Assembly: GCF_000143415.4 (NCBI RefSeq)
Contig: NW_003314294.1
Coordinates: 1,168,416-1,232,415, forward strand
DNA length: 64,000 bases
Direction: 5' to 3'
Source: Selaginella moellendorffii
Lineage: Eukaryota > Plantae > Lycopodiophyta
The notes beneath the pieces are model-generated. The model was not told where the DNA came from and did no database searches. It saw only the letters and a program-made list of their open reading frames with translations. Positions 61,737 to 64,000 of this stretch are shown here, piece after piece. Position numbers and translations under genes: made by a program. The number at the start of each line of letters is the position of its first letter. The stretch's first letter is position 1.

Positions 61737-64000
61737 AAACATCTCAAACTTGGCAGCATAAGCATACATGTTAAGGCATTTTTGCATCATTGCTTCACCA
61801 TCGAGCTTGAGGCCTTGTTAGATGTAAGCTGAGACGCCAGTGTGGCCTTAGATTCTGATATAATTGAAGATTGATTCATTGCCAAAACTAAAAAACATAT
61901 TGTACAAGCTACTACAATGGGATCTCATGAGAGAACATTCTCTTAAAGGATGTGAGCAGTGCCTCAAAGTCTTGTTTCTCCTTTAGCTCTAACACAAGCA
62001 CCCAACATCGTGCTCAGCCACATATGGATAATGAGAATTCTTCACACTTGGTGATGTCATCCATGACATGGTTGCTGGAGCAATATCATGAGAATGCAAC
62101 TATGTGATTGTTCACCAAGATCCCAATGCCTAGCTCAAAGAGAGGCAGCTCCAACCCTTGCTACATAACATGGATGGTGCATGCAAGTGGCAATGGTGGT
62201 GGCTGTGCCATTCCTTGTTGATTTTCTACTATTGATGGTGGTCTGGAACTCCTAGCAGGTCTTGATTGCTTCATGATGCAAACTCCTTGTTTCGGTATCT
62301 GTGTTAGATGAGGAGGATTCACTTGCCATTGCAGTGTAGTAATCGAACTTGAGAAAACTTGCTATACATTATGAGGTCTGAAAACAACACTTTGTAAACA
62401 TATGGGGTCCAAACTAGCATGCAAACATTGAATTGCTGCAAATGCCCAATGGTGGAACAAGTGAGAAGAACCATTCTTAGGATTCTGATGAAGACCTCCT
62501 ACTGTGGATGTTGGTTTTGCCCTCAAATTGGCTCTATTAATGGCTAGGGCGATACTCTCCACTTTCAAGAAAAGAACATTGAAAGAAAATCTCTCTAACT
62601 ATGTGAAAATGCCACTCAAACTTGTTGTCACATACAAGACAAAGACAATGGATTTGTATGGATGAAATTCACAACCAAATGGGCTTGGACTCAAAAAAAT
62701 GTTCTCTATGCATAGATAAAGAAAATCTAAAAATGCATTGTGCTTTACTCTCAAAACAATGGGAAATACTCACTCACAACAAAGTAGGATGTTATTCTCA
62801 CTAGAAACCTCACTGGAAACTAGAGGCAAAAATCTATCTAGTATGCATAACAAGGCTGCTCATACAGTTTTCAGACTTCATATAGATTTTAGTGTGTTAA
62901 GCTCTGTATAATTTTCTTATCTAATTTCAGATAAATATTTATAGTTTTTTTAAAACTCTGGTGCAGCAATACATGTTTTCATATGGTTATTTTACATAAT
63001 TTTTTATAACTCATACAGTGTACAGTTTTTCATATAATATAGTTCAATAATATATTGTTCGATCCAGTTATCCAAATAGTTTTCTAAAGCTTATTCACTA
63101 TATGATTTTCAATATAGATTATAGTGTAATTAATCCATTGGAAAAGTAAACTAAGTTAGTAAAAGCCATAACATAAACTAGTAGTACACACCTCATAAAA
63201 TGCCTACACTCTAGCTGAAGTTATTAAACATATTAAATCTGAAAACTAAGTATTAAAACCAGTACAAAATCTATATAATTATACATATGTGTTAGTCACA
63301 AAAGAAATACTTACCTTTACCAGTCTATGAAGCAATGAAATCTTTTATGTTTGATAAGCTCTATTTGCAATACTATTTTCCTAATTTTTCTAAGTTTTAC
63401 TAACTTTTGGCTTCATATGTACCTCCACACTTCACTGATACTTCTTGTCCCCTAGTGGATATCTTGTATCCAACTACATCAACTTGAAAACTCATAGTGT
63501 GTGGTAGGTGGCATTATATTCAAACATGAAAAAGATTAAAACATCTTTATATTAGAAAGACTAAAACTTACTAAATCATTTCACTCTATAGTTTTGAACC
63601 AAAACTCATATCTATATGAGTTTTTGAAATTTTAATATTCACTTTCATAAAGTTTAATCTTAACCATTACTTAGAATTGTGGATCAATTTAAAACTTTTG
63701 TATAACATCATAAGTTAGCTATTTTTGTTGCATTTTTTTTAAGGATTTAGGGTTAAGATTTAAAGTGTTATATCTAGGAAGTAATTCCTTTCCAGCTTGT
63801 ATATGAAGACATTACTTATTAATGTTGCTCATGTAATCATGGAATGAGATTTAGATATACTATCATCATGGATCTTGGGGATAAACAGAGATAAAATAGT
63901 CATTAATAGTTTTTTCGTCAAGCAATTTCTCATTTTCCAATTGGCTTAAGGTGCTTCTTAGAAAGCTCTGCCATAGTGAATCCAATATCCCCTTTACTAT

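Noticed and set aside
61740-62600. Possible minus-strand gag remnant
   Set aside because: Only vague similarity; too decayed to call by eye.

Overview
This is land-plant nuclear DNA. The ~50-60 nt introns, very tight gene spacing and GC-rich exons suggest a lycophyte such as Selaginella (inference). Host genes: a DUF604/fringe-like glycosyltransferase plus a decayed paralog, a decayed PPR gene head-to-head with a Ycf20-like gene, ABCF4, an OVATE protein, MAP1A, an EAR-motif AP2/ERF, the RNA polymerase III subunit NRPC2 and an AT-rich secreted bulb-type lectin. Accessory DNA: a Crinkler-like NTPase+REase pseudogene; a three-level transposon nest at ~14.2-29.1 kb (old gypsy gag > chromovirus LTR element > 7.5 kb TIR-ended element); a related MITE; a non-autonomous LTR element with exact TSDs; and an internally deleted chromovirus. 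The most unusual object is the 7.5 kb insert (15380-22867). It carries a spliced gene that appears to fuse a ParB/Srx-like domain, a degenerate beta-class amino-methyltransferase-like fold, an acidic tract and an FCP1/NIF-like HAD domain. It also holds about 12 copies of a 22-bp palindrome, ATGGCRTG-N6-CAYGCCAT, in introns, exons and near the end, and the cognate MITE keeps two more. This is a candidate eukaryotic ParB/parS-like self-recognition system. All domain calls are by-eye motif recognition and need profile searches.
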